DNA from: Mobula hypostoma
Lineage: Eukaryota
Assembly (NCBI RefSeq): GCF_963921235.1
Contig: NC_086097.1
Coordinates: 61,878,001-61,942,000, forward strand
DNA: 64,000 nucleotides
Direction: 5' to 3'
Below are positions 11,746 through 24,398 of the stretch, one piece after another. Below the pieces are notes generated by a model. That model was not told the DNA's origin. It made no database searches and saw only the letters and a program-made list of their open reading frames with translations. The stretch's first letter is position 1, and each line of letters starts with the position of its first letter. The position numbers were made by a program, and so were the translations under genes.

Positions 11746-13426
11746 TAGAACTGTGTAAGGTAAGGGAAACAAGTAGAGTAGTTATGGAAACTATGATGAT
11801 TAAAGAAGGGGAAGTACTGGCGCTTTTAAGGGATATAAAAGTGGATAAGTCTCTGGGTCCTGACAGGATATTCCCTAGGACCTTGAGGGAAGTTAGTGTG
11901 GAAATAGCAGGGGCTCTGACAGAAATATTTCAAATGTCATTAGAAATGGGGATGGTGCCAGACAATTGGTGTATTTCTCATGTTGTCCCATTGTTTAAAA
12001 AGGGTCCTAAGAGTAAACCTAGCAATTATCGGCCTGTGAGTTTGACGTCAGTGGTGGGTAAATTGATGGAAAGTATTCTTAGAGATGGTATATATAATTA
12101 TCTTGATAGGCAGTGTCTGATTAGGAAGAGTCAACATGGATTTGTGCGTGGAAGATCATGTTTGACAAATGTTACTGAATTTTTTGAAGAGGTTACTAGG
12201 AAAGTTGATGAGGTTAAAGTGGTGGGTGTTGTCTATATGGACTTCAGTAATGCCTTTGACAAGGTTCCACATGGAAGGTTAGTTAGGAAGATTCAATCGT
12301 TAGGTATTAATATTGAAGTAGTAAAATGGATTCAGCAGTGGCTGGATGGGAGACGCCAGAGAGTAGTGGTGGATAACTGAATGTCAGATTGGAGGCTAGT
12401 GTCCAGTGGTGTGCCTCAGGGATCTGTACTGGGTCCAATGTTGTTTGTCATATACATTAATGATCTGGATGATGGGGTGGTAAATTGGATGAGTATGTAT
12501 GCAGATGATACTAAGATAGGTGGAGTTGTGGACAATGAAGTAGGTTTTCAAAGCTTGCAGGGAGATTTAGGCCAGTTAGAAGAGTGGGCTGAAAGATAGC
12601 AGATGGAGTTTATTGCTGATAAATGTGAGGTGCTACATTTTAATAGGACTAATCAAAATAGGACATACAGGGTAAATGGTCAGGCATTGAAGAATGCAGT
12701 AGAACAGAGGGATCTAGCACTAATGATGCATAGTTCCCTGAAGGTGGAATCTCATGTGGATAGGGTGGTAAAGAAAACTTTTGGTATGCTGGCCTTTATA
12801 AATCAGAGCATTGAGTATAGGAGTTGGGATGTAATGTTGAAATTGTACAAGGCATTGGTGAGGCCAAATTTGGAGTATTGTGTACAGTTCTGGTCACCGA
12901 ATTATAGGAAAGATGTCAACAAAATAGAAAGAGTACAGAGAAGATTTACTAGAGTGTTACCTGGGTTTCATCACCTAAGTTACAGAGAAAGGTTGAACAA
13001 GTTGGGTCTTTATTCTTTGGAACGTAGAAGGTTGAGGGGGGACTTGACAGAGGTATTTAAAATTATGAGGGGGATAGATAGAGTTGACGTGAATAGGCTT
13101 TTTCTATTGAGAGTGGCGGAGATTCAATCAAGAGGACATGAGTTTAGAGTTAAAGGGCAAAAGTTTAGGGGTAACATGAAGGGGAATTTCTTTACTCAGA
13201 AAGTGGTAGCTGTGTGGAACGAGCTTCCAGCAGAAGTGGTTGAGGCAGGTTCGATGTTGTAGTTTAAAGTTAAATTGGACAGGTATATGGACAGGAAAGG
13301 AACGGAGGGTTATGGGCTGAGTGCAGGTCGGTGGGACTAGGTGAGAGTAAGAGTTCAGCACGGACTAGAAGGGCCATGATGGCCTGTTTCCATGTTGTCA
13401 TTGTTATATGGTTATATCGTTACATA
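11746..13426 (+). mobile_element. CR1-clade LINE, 5'-truncated, RT region through 3' tail
   Basis: ORFs 11784-12380, 12381-12599 and 12603-13262 share one frame, separated only by stops (YADD, QGSVLGP). GTTATAT-like tail; possible imperfect TSD TTAGAACTG/TTAGAGCTG. Confidence 0.93.
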
Positions 13427-13845
13427 TTAGAGCTGCAGTGTTTCTCGGAGCCAGTATCATATTTTTCCCCAAGGACAATGAGAGATGAGTTAAGAATGCT
13501 GCACTTGTTAGCAATGGCCATATCTCAAAGAAAAATTCTCACTTATTTTCCATTTGCACTATGGCTTACATCTCCCTATATGTATTAGTTTCTCCACCCT
13601 TGCAACACAGTGTTGCTTCAATGCTAGATTGCTGATCATCCCTAGATTTGATTTGATTTTCCTTGGTGGACGTGCTTTCAAGTGCCCAAGTTGTAGGCTC
13701 CAGAATTCTCTTCTTAAACCTCAGTATTTTTTCAACCTCACGTTCTTCCATTAAGAAGTTCCATAAAACCGACACATTTTTCTGAACAAATCTCTCCTCA
13801 AGTAAGTGTGATATTTAATAAGTAAATATATTCCTGCAAAGCAAC

Positions 13846-14716
13846 TTAGATGAAGATGAGAGGGCATACAGAAGTGAAATATGCCAACTAGTGGAGTCGT
13901 GCTGCAGCAACAACCTTGCACTTAACGTCAGTAAGATGAAGGAGCTGATTGTGGACTTAAGAAAGGGTAAGACGAAGGAACACATACCAATCCTCATAGA
14001 GGGATCAGAAGTGGAGAGAGTGAGCAGTTTCAAGTTCCTAGGTGTCAAGATCTCTGAGGACCTAACCTGGTCCCAACATATCAATGCAGCTATAAAGAAG
14101 GCAAGACAGCGACTATACTTTATTAGCAATTTGTTTTGGTATGTCAACAAAAACATTCAAAAACTTCTATATATGTACCATGGAGAGCATTATGAGAGGC
14201 TGCATCACTGTCTGGTATGGTGGGGGGGTGCGTTGGCTACTGCACAGGATTAAAAGAGGCTGCAGAGGGTCTTGAATTTAGTCGGCTCCATCATAGGTAT
14301 GAACCTACAAATTACCCAGGACATCTTCAAAGAGGAGTGTCTCAGAATGGCAACACCTATTATTAAGGAACCCCAGCACCCAGGGCAGGATCTTTTCTCA
14401 CAGATACCATCAGGTAGGAGGTACAGAAGCTTGAAGGCACACACTCAGCGATTCAGGAACAGCTTTTTGCCTCTGGCATTTGATTCCTAAATGGACATTG
14501 AACTCGTGAACTCTACTTCACTTTTTTAAATATATATTATTTCTGTATTTGCATGATTTTTAATCTACTCAATATACATATACAGTAATTGATTGAATTA
14601 TTTATTTTTCTTCTTCTTCTTCTATATTATGTATTGCACTGAACTGCTGCTGCTAAGTTAACAAATTTCACAACACATGCCGATGATAACAAATCTGATT
14701 CTGATTCTGGTTCTGA
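13846..14716 (+). mobile_element. Rex1/Babar-type LINE 3' fragment
   Basis: NNLALNVSKMKELIVDLRK..FKFLGVKISEDLTWSQH..KKARQRLYF..PSGRRYRSLKAHTQRFRNSF; ends in an (ATTCTG)n tail. Confidence 0.8.
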
Positions 14717-14729
14717 ATACTTTTCAATA

Positions 14730-15530
14730 TAACAAGACCAGCATTCCTGACTAACAGACTGAAATTAGTAAAATTAGGCAGCAACAGCTCTGCCATGACT
14801 ATTTTAAACACAGGTTCTCCAGAAGATTATCTTCATAGACCTCTTCTCGACTCCTTGTACACTCATGACTGCGTGGCCAGATTTTGCTCAACTCCATCTA
14901 CACGTTTGTAAATGACACCACTATATTGATCCATTTCTCAAACAACAACGAGTACAAGAAAGTGATAGAGAGCTTAGTTAGATGGTACCATGACAACAAC
15001 CTTGTCAGCAAAATAAAAGAGCTGGTCATTGAAGATGGGGGGGTGGTGGTGTTGGTACACATGCTCTTGTCTACATCAGTGGTGTTGAGCTTGAGAGGGT
15101 TGAGAGTTTCAAGTTCTGAAGAGTGAACGTCACTAATAGCCTGCTCTGATCCAACTATGTAGATGCCATGACCAAGAAAACTCACCAACTCCTCTATTTC
15201 CTGAGGAGTCTAAAGAAATTTGATATGTTCCTGTCAACACTTAGCAATTTTAATCAATGCACCTTAGAAAACATCTTATTTGGATGCATAGCAACTTTGT
15301 ATGGTAACTACTCTGCACATGACTGCAAGAAACTGCACTGAATTGTGAATGGAGCTCCCCTCTTTGGACTCCCTATAATCCTCACCACATCAGTGAAACA
15401 GCCAGCATAATCAAAAGCCACAATCATTCAGAATTTCTTGCTTCTCCCCTCTTCCTTTGCAAAGAAGACAAAAAAGCTTGAAATCACCTACCACTAGTCA
15501 CAATGACAGCTTCCACCCCACTGTTATAAG
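14730..15530 (+). mobile_element. Older Rex1/Babar-type LINE fragment
   Basis: Degenerate NSIYTFVNDTT..YKKVIESLVRWYHDNNL..SKIKELVI blocks, homologous to the preceding copy. Confidence 0.65.
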
Positions 15531-15532
15531 AC

Positions 15533-15750
15533 TCACAGTTGTAGTCACCAGCGTCACTGGAGGTCTCCCTGCATTCCTGCATCCTGCAAGAGGAGCATTC
15601 AACTATCCTGCCTGGCATCTCTACTGTTCCTATCTGAGCAATTATAAAGAAGGAAGAACAATGAACTGTGGGAGAGGAAAAATAATTCTACCTGCAGCTT
15701 TTTTGCCTTTTCTCACTTAAGCCTCTCCTCACTGAAGCCTCCTGACCTGT
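15533..15750 (-). mobile_element. CR1 5' UTR and ORF1 N-terminus (segment A)
   Basis: Minus translation MPGRIVECSSCRMQECRETSSDAGDYNCE matches the Cys-rich start of CR1 ORF1. Confidence 0.7.
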
Positions 15751-15847
15751 GACCAATACAACTGGAGAGGGAAAATCTGGAATGCTTCTTGACCCATGGG
15801 CCAGCAAAGGTGCCAGAGGCAGCCCAATATCTTCTATGTTGTAACTT

Positions 15848-17190
15848 AACAATATTTGCTCCTCGATGTCTCTGTTACTATTGGGGGCTCTATAAAAAAC
15901 ACCCAGTAGGATTATTGCCCCTTTCCTGTTTCTGACTTCCACCCACAATGACTCAGTACACAATCCCTTCATGACTTCCTCCATTTCTGCAGCCGTGATA
16001 CTAGCCCTGATTAGCAAAGTCACTCCCCCACCTCTTTCACCTCCCTCCCTGTCCTCTTTTGAAAGGTCTAAAGCCTGGCACACTCAGCAGCCATTCCTGC
16101 TCCTGAGACATCCTCTCTGTAAAGGCCAAAATGTCATTATTCCACATACTGATCCACGCACTAAGTTCATCCACCTTGCTTATGATCTTCCTTAAATTAA
16201 AATAGACACATCTCAATCCATCTGGCTGAGTGCATCTTTGCTCTATCATTTGCTTATCCTTCCTACAAGCTCCCCACAATCTGTCTCTACCTGTGCACCA
16301 ACCACCCCATCCTCTGTCTCTTCACATCAATTCCCTCCCCCCGAAAACCCAGTTTAAACCCTCCCCAATAGCATTATCAAACCTCCCTCCCAGGATATGG
16401 TTTCCCTCCAGTTCAGGTAACCTGTCCCACTTCTACAGGTCACCCCTTCCCCAAAAAAGGTTCCAATGATCCAAGAACTTGAAACTTTGGCCCCTGCACC
16501 ATCTCCTCAGCCACTCATCCATCTGTGTTATCTTCCTGTTCTGATCTTCATTAGCTCATGGCAGTGGGAGTAATCTGGAGATTACCACCTTGGAGGTCCT
16601 GCTCTTCAACCTCCTTCCTAACTCCATAAACTTACTGCACAGGACCTCTACCCCTCTCCTGCCTATGTCATTGGTACCAGCATGTACCACGACCTCCGGC
16701 TGCTCACCCTCCCTCTTCGAGAATATTCTGTAACTGCTCAGAGACATCCTGGGCCCTAGCACCGGGGAGGCAGCACATTATCCTGGCATCTCTTTTGCTG
16801 CTGCAGAATCTCCTATCTGTCCCCCTAACTATTGAGTCCGCTATGACTATTGCTCTACCTGACTTCACCCTACCCTTCTGAGGCTCAGATCCGACCACAG
16901 TACTATTGATCTGGCTGCTACTGCCTTGTCAGACTGGTCATCCCCCTCAGCAATATCCAAAGCAGTATACCTGTTGCTGAGGGGAATGGCCACCGGGGGA
17001 TTCTGTACTGACTTCTTTTTCCCTTTCTTCTCTCTGTGTTCACCCATCTACTCTCTGAATTCTGACCTCTGGATATAACCACCTGCTCAAAAGACATATC
17101 TATTAATTGCTCTGCCTCCCGGATTATCCAACGTTCATTCAATTCCAGCTCCACCTCTTTAGTTACGGTCTTTCATGAGCTGGAGTTCAT
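15848..17190 (-). mobile_element. CR1 ORF1 (SGNH/esterase-like) and start of the endonuclease (segment B)
   Basis: ELELNERWIIREAE, IPLSNRY, VIADSIVRG, VVVHAGTNDIG, then LRCVYFN..KVDEL and GVFYRAPNS. Confidence 0.88.
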
Positions 17191-18294
17191 CTGCAAATAT
17201 TTGATCTGCTATTAGGCAATGAACCAGAGCAGGTGATAGAAGTTTGTGTAGGTGAACACTTTACATCTAGTGATCACAATGCCATTAGTTTCAAAGTAAA
17301 TATGTAAAGAGATAGGTCTGGTGTGTGAGTTGAGATTCTAACAGAGAAAGGCCTATTTTGATGGTATCTGAAAGGATCTGGCAAGTGTGGATTGGGACAG
17401 GCTGTTTTCTGGCAAAGGAGTACTTGGTAAGTGGGAGGTCTTCAACAATGAAATTTTGAGAGAACAAAGCTTGTATGTGCCTGTCAGATTAAAAGGCAAG
17501 GATAGCAGGTTTAGGGAACATTGGTTTTTGAGAGGTATTGATGCTCTGGTTAAGAAACAAATAGAGGTGTACAGCAGGTTCAGGCAAGTAGGAACAAATG
17601 AGGTGCTTATGGACTATAAGAAATGCAAGAGAACACTTAAGAAATAAATCAGGAGGGATAAAAGAAGGCACGAGTTTGCCCAACAGGCAAAGTGAAGGAG
17701 AATCCTAAGAGATTCTACAGATATGTTAAGAGCGAAAGGATAGCAAGGAACAAAACTGGTCCTGTGGAACATCAGAATGGTAATCCAAATGTGGAGTCAA
17801 AAGAGATGGGGGCATTCTTAAATGCAATTTTGCATATGTATTTACTCATAAGACAAACACAGTCTATAGAAGTAAGGCAAAAAAACATCAACTTCATGGA
17901 CTCAATAGAGGTTACAGAGGAGGAGGTGTTTGCTGTCTTGAGCCAAATTTGGCTGGCTAAATCCCCAGGGCCTGACAAAGAGTTCCCTCAGAGCCTGCAG
18001 GAGTCAAGTGCAAAAATTGCTGGGGCCGTAGTAGAGATATTTAAATCATCCTTAGCGATGGGTGAGATTCTTGAGGATTGGAGAATAGCCAGTTTGTTAC
18101 ATTGTTTAAAAAAGGCTCTAAAAATAGACTAGAAATTGTAGGCTAGTAAGACTGACATCAGTAATGGGCAAATTATAGGAAGATATTTGAACAGAAAAAT
18201 GGCAGTTGAAATTCAATCCAGATTAGCGTGAGGTGTTGCACTTCGGTACGACCAGTGGGGTAGGTCTTACTCAGTGAATGGTAGGCACAGTGGA

Positions 18295-18882
18295 TGTTAT
18301 GTTTTGCAACTTCAAAACATTAAACTACTTCTAAGGAAGATGCAAGAGTCCAGGAATCTGGAGTCTAGTTGGAGTTTACTTTAAGGAGGCATGTACTTAT
18401 TATGTGCTAGCATGACATCATATGCAGTTAACATATTTTCACATATAACCAATGTTCCTTCCAATTTGTAATGACCATTGTGCATGAAAATCTTGTGCTG
18501 TGCAATTTTTTGCCCAGTGACCACATGTGTGCACTGAATAATTACTTCAATAAAAGCAGTACAAATTTGCCATTTCTACAATCTGCAGGCAAATCATCAC
18601 AAACTCCGCTTTGTCACACTGTCCGCATCAGAAACTGGAAAATGAAATGTGGTTGTGGACGATCGTGAGATATACTTAACATGCCAACAAGGTAGAGGCT
18701 GACAACTTTTTGACTGCAGTTTAAATTCTTTTCTGTGCTAGTAGCAAAAGATGTGTGCACAGGCACACTTTAGCGGGAACGTTGCATATAACCCATAATT
18801 AATTAATTAAATGAACAAGAATGCTTAATCAACCAATTTTTCACAAAATATTCTCAAATATTATTAAAATATTAACTATACA
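18295..18882 (-). mobile_element. Solo LTR of the Gypsy A family, containing a MITE
   Basis: TGTTATGTTTTG..CTATACA is the reverse complement of the LTR at 33803-34051; approximate TSD (GTGGA/TGGGA). Confidence 0.7.
18450..18784. mobile_element. hAT-type MITE
   Basis: Imperfect TIRs CAATGTTCCTTCCAA / TTAGCGGGAACGTTG; perfect 8-bp TSD CATATAAC (18442-18449, 18785-18792). Confidence 0.85.
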
Positions 18883-19797
18883 TGGGATGCTATGTTGAAG
18901 CTGTATAGGACATAGCTGAGGCCTAATTAGTAGTATTGTCTGCAGTTTGGATCACCTACCTGCAGGAAAGATGTAAATAAAGTTAAAAACTTACAATGAT
19001 GTTGCTCAGTCTGGAGGACCAGAATTATATGGAAAAAATGAATAGGTTAGGACTTTATTCCTTGAAACATAGAAGATTGAGAGGTGATTTGACAGAGATA
19101 TATAAAATTATGAAGGATATAGATAGGGTAAATCCAAACAGGCCTTTTCCACTGAGGTTGTGTGGGACTACAGCAAGAGGTAATGAGTTAAGGGGAAATG
19201 GTGAAAAGTTTAAAGGGAAAACGAGGGGAAACTTTTTACTCAGAGGGTCATGAAGGTGTGAAACGAGCTGCCAGAGCAGATGTGCATGCAACCTCAATTT
19301 CAATCTTTTAGAGAAATTTGGATTGGTACATGGATGGCAGGGGTTTGGAGGGTTCTGGTCCAAGTGTAGGTCAATGGGATTAGGCAGTTTAAATGGTTCA
19401 GCATGGACTAGATGGGCCAAAGGGCCTGTTTCTGTGCTCATGAACACTGATCTGTGAGGATGCTGCATTATTTCAAGCAGCGTTTAAGAATGTCTTTGGA
19501 TTATTTGCTCTGCACCCCTGTAATTCTCATGCGCTAGACACTCAGAATGAGCAAGACACGTAGTGAGATCCTTGTGGATCTTCTCTGCATCACCTTCCAG
19601 CCTAATGACATCCTTCCTATATCCAGGTGACCAGTCTCGCCAATGTCTTTACACTATGACTAATTATTTACATGGAAATCATATTTGTATAGAAATCACA
19701 TGTTTAAAATGTCAATAGCCTAATTAGGAAGGAATAATTTGGAGTGTTTGCTGATTGAAAGGATAATAAGGAGGGTAAAGCAGTAAGGATAATCATA

Positions 19798-19798
<1 letters not shown>

Positions 19799-19839
<41 letters not shown>

Positions 19840-19840
19840 T

Positions 19841-19873
<33 letters not shown>

Positions 19874-19903
19874 CACACACACACACGCACACACACACAC
19901 ACA

Positions 19904-19939
<36 letters not shown>
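19799..19939. repeat. Interrupted (CA)n microsatellite
   Basis: About 140 bp of AC dinucleotide with a few interruptions. Confidence 0.98.
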
Positions 19940-19944
<5 letters not shown>

Positions 19945-20184
19945 GAGGGTGTGATATTTATTGAGGTGAGCTGAAGTGGTGGTGATTAGTACAAAAAGCA
20001 TCAAGTGGAAGTGGGAAAAGATGGGATATGGGATTACCAGGAAAAGATCCTAAGGAAGCTTATAGGTCTGAAACATTAAATCCACTTTCTTCTCCATTTC
20101 TACCAACCCCATATACTATTTGCAGAATGTTATATTTTAATCAGATTGCTAATGTGCAATGCATTGATAAATGACTTTACAATA

Positions 20185-20537
20185 CAGAATTATGAGGGTA
20201 TAAATATAGTGAATACAAACAGACGTTTTCCACCATGTTCAGGTGAGACTAGAACTAGAGGTCAAAAGTTAAGGGGGTAAGGTAAAATATTTAGAGGGAA
20301 ACCAAGGGGGAACTTCTTCACTCAGAGGGTTTTGAGAGTGTGGAATGAGCTACCAGCAGAAATGATGGGTGTGGGTTTGATTTCAATATTTAAGAGAAAT
20401 TTGGATAAGTCTTCAAAGGGAAAGGTATGGGCATCTTTGAACCAAGTGCATGCCGCTGGGATTAGGCATAAAAAAGTTCAGCATGGACTAGATGGGCTGA
20501 AGGGCCTGTTTCTGTGCTGTAGTGCTCTATAACTCTA
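20185..20537 (+). mobile_element. CR1 3' end fragment
   Basis: FFTQRVLRVWNELP block and 3' UTR GGGCTGAAGGGCCTGTTTCTGTGCTGT with a CTCTAT-like tail. Confidence 0.8.
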
Positions 20538-21737
20538 TGACTAAAATTGAAATACAGTATTTAAAATCCATTGCATATACATAATTCAAAGATACCTCAG
20601 AGGCATTATTAAGACATGTTCTTTGGAAGCAGTTCATTAACAGACCCAATTCACTTTGCATTTTTCTAGCAAAATGCATTGTGTACTGACCCACATTTAA
20701 CTGTTTACTCAGGGCATGCTGAACTCTTATATTACACAATGGATAAATGTAGTCGCTTACTGCAGCAAAGTGATCCAACTGCATTCTGTCTCTTGGATCA
20801 TGAACACAAATAAACAAAATTAATTTTAAAAAATGAAATTAGCATGTTTATCATAACACAGAAATTTCAAAAAGAAAGAAAGCTTGGTAAGCATTCTTCA
20901 TTATGCCCTTATTCAACATGATATATTTGCAAGTAATCAACAGAATTAATAATGCATACAGTAAACCACATGTTTGTGATTATATGCTTTTAAAAGTGAT
21001 CTTCACGACATACTGTATAAAACAAAATGAAAATAAAACTGCTAATAATCAAAATCTAAAATAAAGGCAAGAGTGTTAGAAACAGTTATCAAGATACAGT
21101 CAATGGAATGCAAAACAGAGTTAATGTTCTAGTTTGGAAATTCAATATCAATATGAATTTTTGACCATGTTAGGCAATTGAAAATCAATTGTTTGTGAGC
21201 AAGACACAATAACAGCCATTTCTGGTTGATTTATATTCTGAAAACTCATGGGCAATTCCTGAGTCACCTTAGTGAACCAGATAAAATGTTTCCATCGGGG
21301 ACCTTCATGATAATCACTGGTCTTTATCAGTCAATCCTTTGTAAGTGATGACAGAGAACTAAAACTACATTATATTTGGATGGCTGTTATCAGGTCATCC
21401 AGGGACAACAGCGCTGGAACAGGACACTAGAATGTCGATGAAATACTTTAGATCCTTCCACCACCCTCATCCCCATTCTGATTCTATACCCCTTTCGAAT
21501 ATCAGGAGACCGGCTTTGACGGAGACCCCCTTCCTGGGGCAGAGAGAAGGTTCAATCGCTTGACTAATGGAAGATCCCTTGTTTGGTGTGAGAAACATGT
21601 TTTTTTTGGTCCAAAATGGAAAATAAAATTAAGGAATTGTTGACCCAGGGCCATTTACATGAATACTTGCATATGATATAATAAAGTTGATGCATAAAGT
21701 TGTAAGATTGAATTAATTAGGATTTGTGTGGACATGT

Positions 21738-23414
21738 ATGAAATTAAATTTGCTGTTGACACGACACTGATAGGCCTAATCTCAAATAATAATGAGTTAG
21801 CCTACAGCGAAGAAGTCACCCAGACACAGTGGTGTCAAGAAAACAACCTCACCTTCAATGGCGCAAAAGCAAAGGAGCTGGTTGTGGACTGCAGGAGGAA
21901 TGGAGACAGGCTAACCCCTCTTGACATCAATGGATCTGGGATTGAGAGGGTGAACAGCTTTAATTCCTTGGCATAAACAACACCAAGGATCTCACATAGT
22001 CTGTACAGCACCTCTTTCACCTCAGATGGTTGAAGAAGTTTGGTTATGGGCCACCAAATCCTACGAACTTTCTAAAGGGGCATAATTCAGAGCATCCCAA
22101 TTGGCTGCATCACTGCCTAGTATGGGAACTGTACTTCCCTCAATCGCAGGACTCTGCAGAGAGTGGTGCGGACAGCCTAGCGCATCTGTAGATGTAAACT
22201 TCCCACTATTCAGGACATTTACAGTGACAGGTGTGACGAGAATACACATAAAATTAAGATGTTTGCTGGCCTAGGTTAGCATCAGTGACATCAGCAAGTG
22301 GTCTGCCACCTGCCCTCAGGGGAAGGAGAGATAAGGAACAATGGAGCAGCGTCTGGAGATGTGTAATGAAGGAACGGGGGAGAGAGAGCTGTCTGGAGCG
22401 GCTCCCCCCTTTGAACCTTGAACTGTTTGAAGTGATGGACAGGCCATGCCCCAGCAGGGGGATAAAAAGGGACAGGTTCGCTAAGGCAGACACACACGCC
22501 ACCCGAGGTAACGAGACCCTGGAAGCGGTACGCTTCTCACGAGTCGGTGGGAAGTATCAGACAACGGCCAGGGTGGAAAGGTATGATCAGCGGGAACCCG
22601 GTGTGTGTCCGCCCTTGCCTGGGTGCCGGGTTCACTTCAGAGGATCGACCGCATCTGGAGGAGGGGTCACAGTCGGTGACCTCAGGTGACATCACCAAGG
22701 ACCTGCCCAAAAAGCTGTTTGTGAGCCATATCGCTGGTCTGTGAGTGAAGCCGTGTCTGAATGATCAGTTGTTCCTGTTCTCTCTCTCTCCCCCCCCCCA
22801 CGTTGTCCATCGCCATGGCAACGATTACTGCGAACTAAACTACTAAACTGGACTGAACTTTGAGTCACTTTGAAATTTGGTCATTTACCCCTAGACAACG
22901 ATAGAGCTTGATTGATGCTGTTATCTTAATTCTGGGCACATGTGTGTTTATCATCGCTGAACTGTTGCATTTATTATCCTTTCGATTATTGTGTTGCTTG
23001 TTTCTTTAATAAAACTTTCTTAGTTCTAGTACTCCAGACTCCAACTGAGTGATCCATTTCTGCTGGTTTGGCAACCCAGTTACGGGGTACGTAACACAGG
23101 TGTGTAAAAAGGGCCCAAAGGATCATTGGGAACCTGAGTTACCCCAACCACAAATTGTTCCAGCTGCTACTATCTGGGAAACAGTATCGCAGCATAAAAG
23201 CCAGGACCAACAGGCTCCGGGACATCTTCCACTAGGCCATCAGACTGCTTAACTCACGTTGAAACAGCTGTATTTCTATGTCCTGTTGTACATACTATTT
23301 ATTATAAATTACCATAAACTGTACACTACACATAGTCAGAGTTGTAACGCAAAGATTTTTATTCCTCATGTATATGAAGGATGTAAGTAATTAAATCAAT
23401 TCAATTCAATTCAA
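21738..23414 (+). mobile_element. Rex1/Babar-type LINE 3' fragment split by a solo LTR
   Basis: KFAVDTTLIGLISNNNELAY..WCQENNL; resumes after 23100; (TTCAA)n tail at ~23395-23414. Confidence 0.8.
22232..23096 (+). mobile_element. Solo LTR of the Gmr1-like family
   Basis: TG..CA ends, perfect 4-bp TSD CAGG (22228-22231, 23097-23100), highly similar to the reverse complement of LTRs 54846-55701 and 58848-59702; TATA-like GATAAAA ~22461 and AATAAA ~23008. Confidence 0.95.
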
Positions 23415-23614
23415 CTAAGTTTGTTATCCAAGGTGCGAGTCAACAGGTCTCACTGCATCTTTCATTGAAATATCTACAAAATTGGGGGAGGGGGTGGATA
23501 ATTATCAACTTAAACATAATCGCTTATTTTGTTTTTCAATAACTAGCTAAAATTTGTAGCTCGAATACTGCTTCTGTTGACATGATTCACATAAATATGA
23601 TGGTGTAAAATAGA

Positions 23615-23800
23615 AGAATCAGAATCAGGTTTATATCTCGGACATACATTATGAAATTTGTTGTTTTGGAGCAGCGGCGGAGTGCGATTGAAAATTGCGA
23701 TATGTTACAATAAGTATCAAAAAGTAAACAAACAGTGCAAAAAGTGATTGAAATGGTGAAGTTGTGTTCATGGTCAATGAACCATTAAGAAATCTGATCA
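23615..23800 (-). mobile_element. Rex1/Babar-type LINE 3' tail fragment
   Basis: AGAATCAGAATCAGGTTTAT is the reverse complement of the (ATTCTG)n tail type seen at ~14700. Confidence 0.55.
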
Positions 23801-24043
23801 TCACAAATCAAAGTAAATTAAATTAAGATAATTTTGAGTGATAATCTTAATAACATCAAATACTGCTTTAAATCTTTGGTTAAAATGTTGTTTTCTCTGT
23901 ATAAGCTGGAGGAACAGACAGTATAGACTGGCATTAATGTTATATGCAAAAATCATTTAGGGAGCTAATACCTAAGTCTAGAGAAGTCATTTTGAATCTG
24001 CATTACAAAAACTTGATAGTAAAGTTATGTAAGTATTTTAGAT

Positions 24044-24398
24044 CAGTGGTCCCCAGCCTCCGGGCCACAAGGCATGCAGGGGTGCAGCGGTAGCCAGAAC
24101 GCACCCAACATATCTTTAAGAAAAAAGCCAAAATAAGCAAGCTAATTAACTAGCTGCCACCTGGCACGTAAACGTCGCCCAGCCTGGCACGTAAATGTTG
24201 GCCCGGATCAGAGATGACACAATCAGCAATCGCCTCTGATCTGGGCTGACATTTACGTGCCAGACGGCACCTAATTAATTAGCTTGTTTATTTCAGCTTC
24301 TTTCTTACAGATGTGCTGGGTGCACTCCAGCTACCGCTGCACCCCTGCATGCTTAGCGGCAATGTATCGGTCCGCGGCCCGGACGTTGGGGGCCACAG
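24044..24398. mobile_element. hAT (Charlie-like) MITE, palindromic over almost its full length
   Basis: TIRs CAGTGGTCCCCAGC / GTTGGGGGCCACAG; perfect 8-bp TSD TTTTAGAT (24036-24043, 24399-24406); internal arms are reverse complements. Confidence 0.92.

Larger units (their letters stand above)
17197..19440 (+). mobile_element. CR1 ORF2 remainder (segment C) with internal deletions, interrupted by an LTR at 18295-18882
   Basis: DLLLGNEP.., KENPKRFYRYVKS, KSPGPD, then 3' region RLGLYSLKHRRLRGDL and a CR1-type 3' UTR. Confidence 0.85.

Noticed and set aside
19704..20004. Cys/Val-rich ORFs
   Set aside because: Translation of the (CA)n microsatellite.
21414..21565. Short ORF or exon MSMKYFRSFHHPHPHSDSIPLSNIRRPALTETPFLGQRE in unique-looking sequence
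   Set aside because: Short, weak splice signals and no recognisable homology.
22285..22689. ORFs within the LTRs (also 55278-55679, 59279-59680)
   Set aside because: They recur only because the LTR is repeated; no domain similarity.
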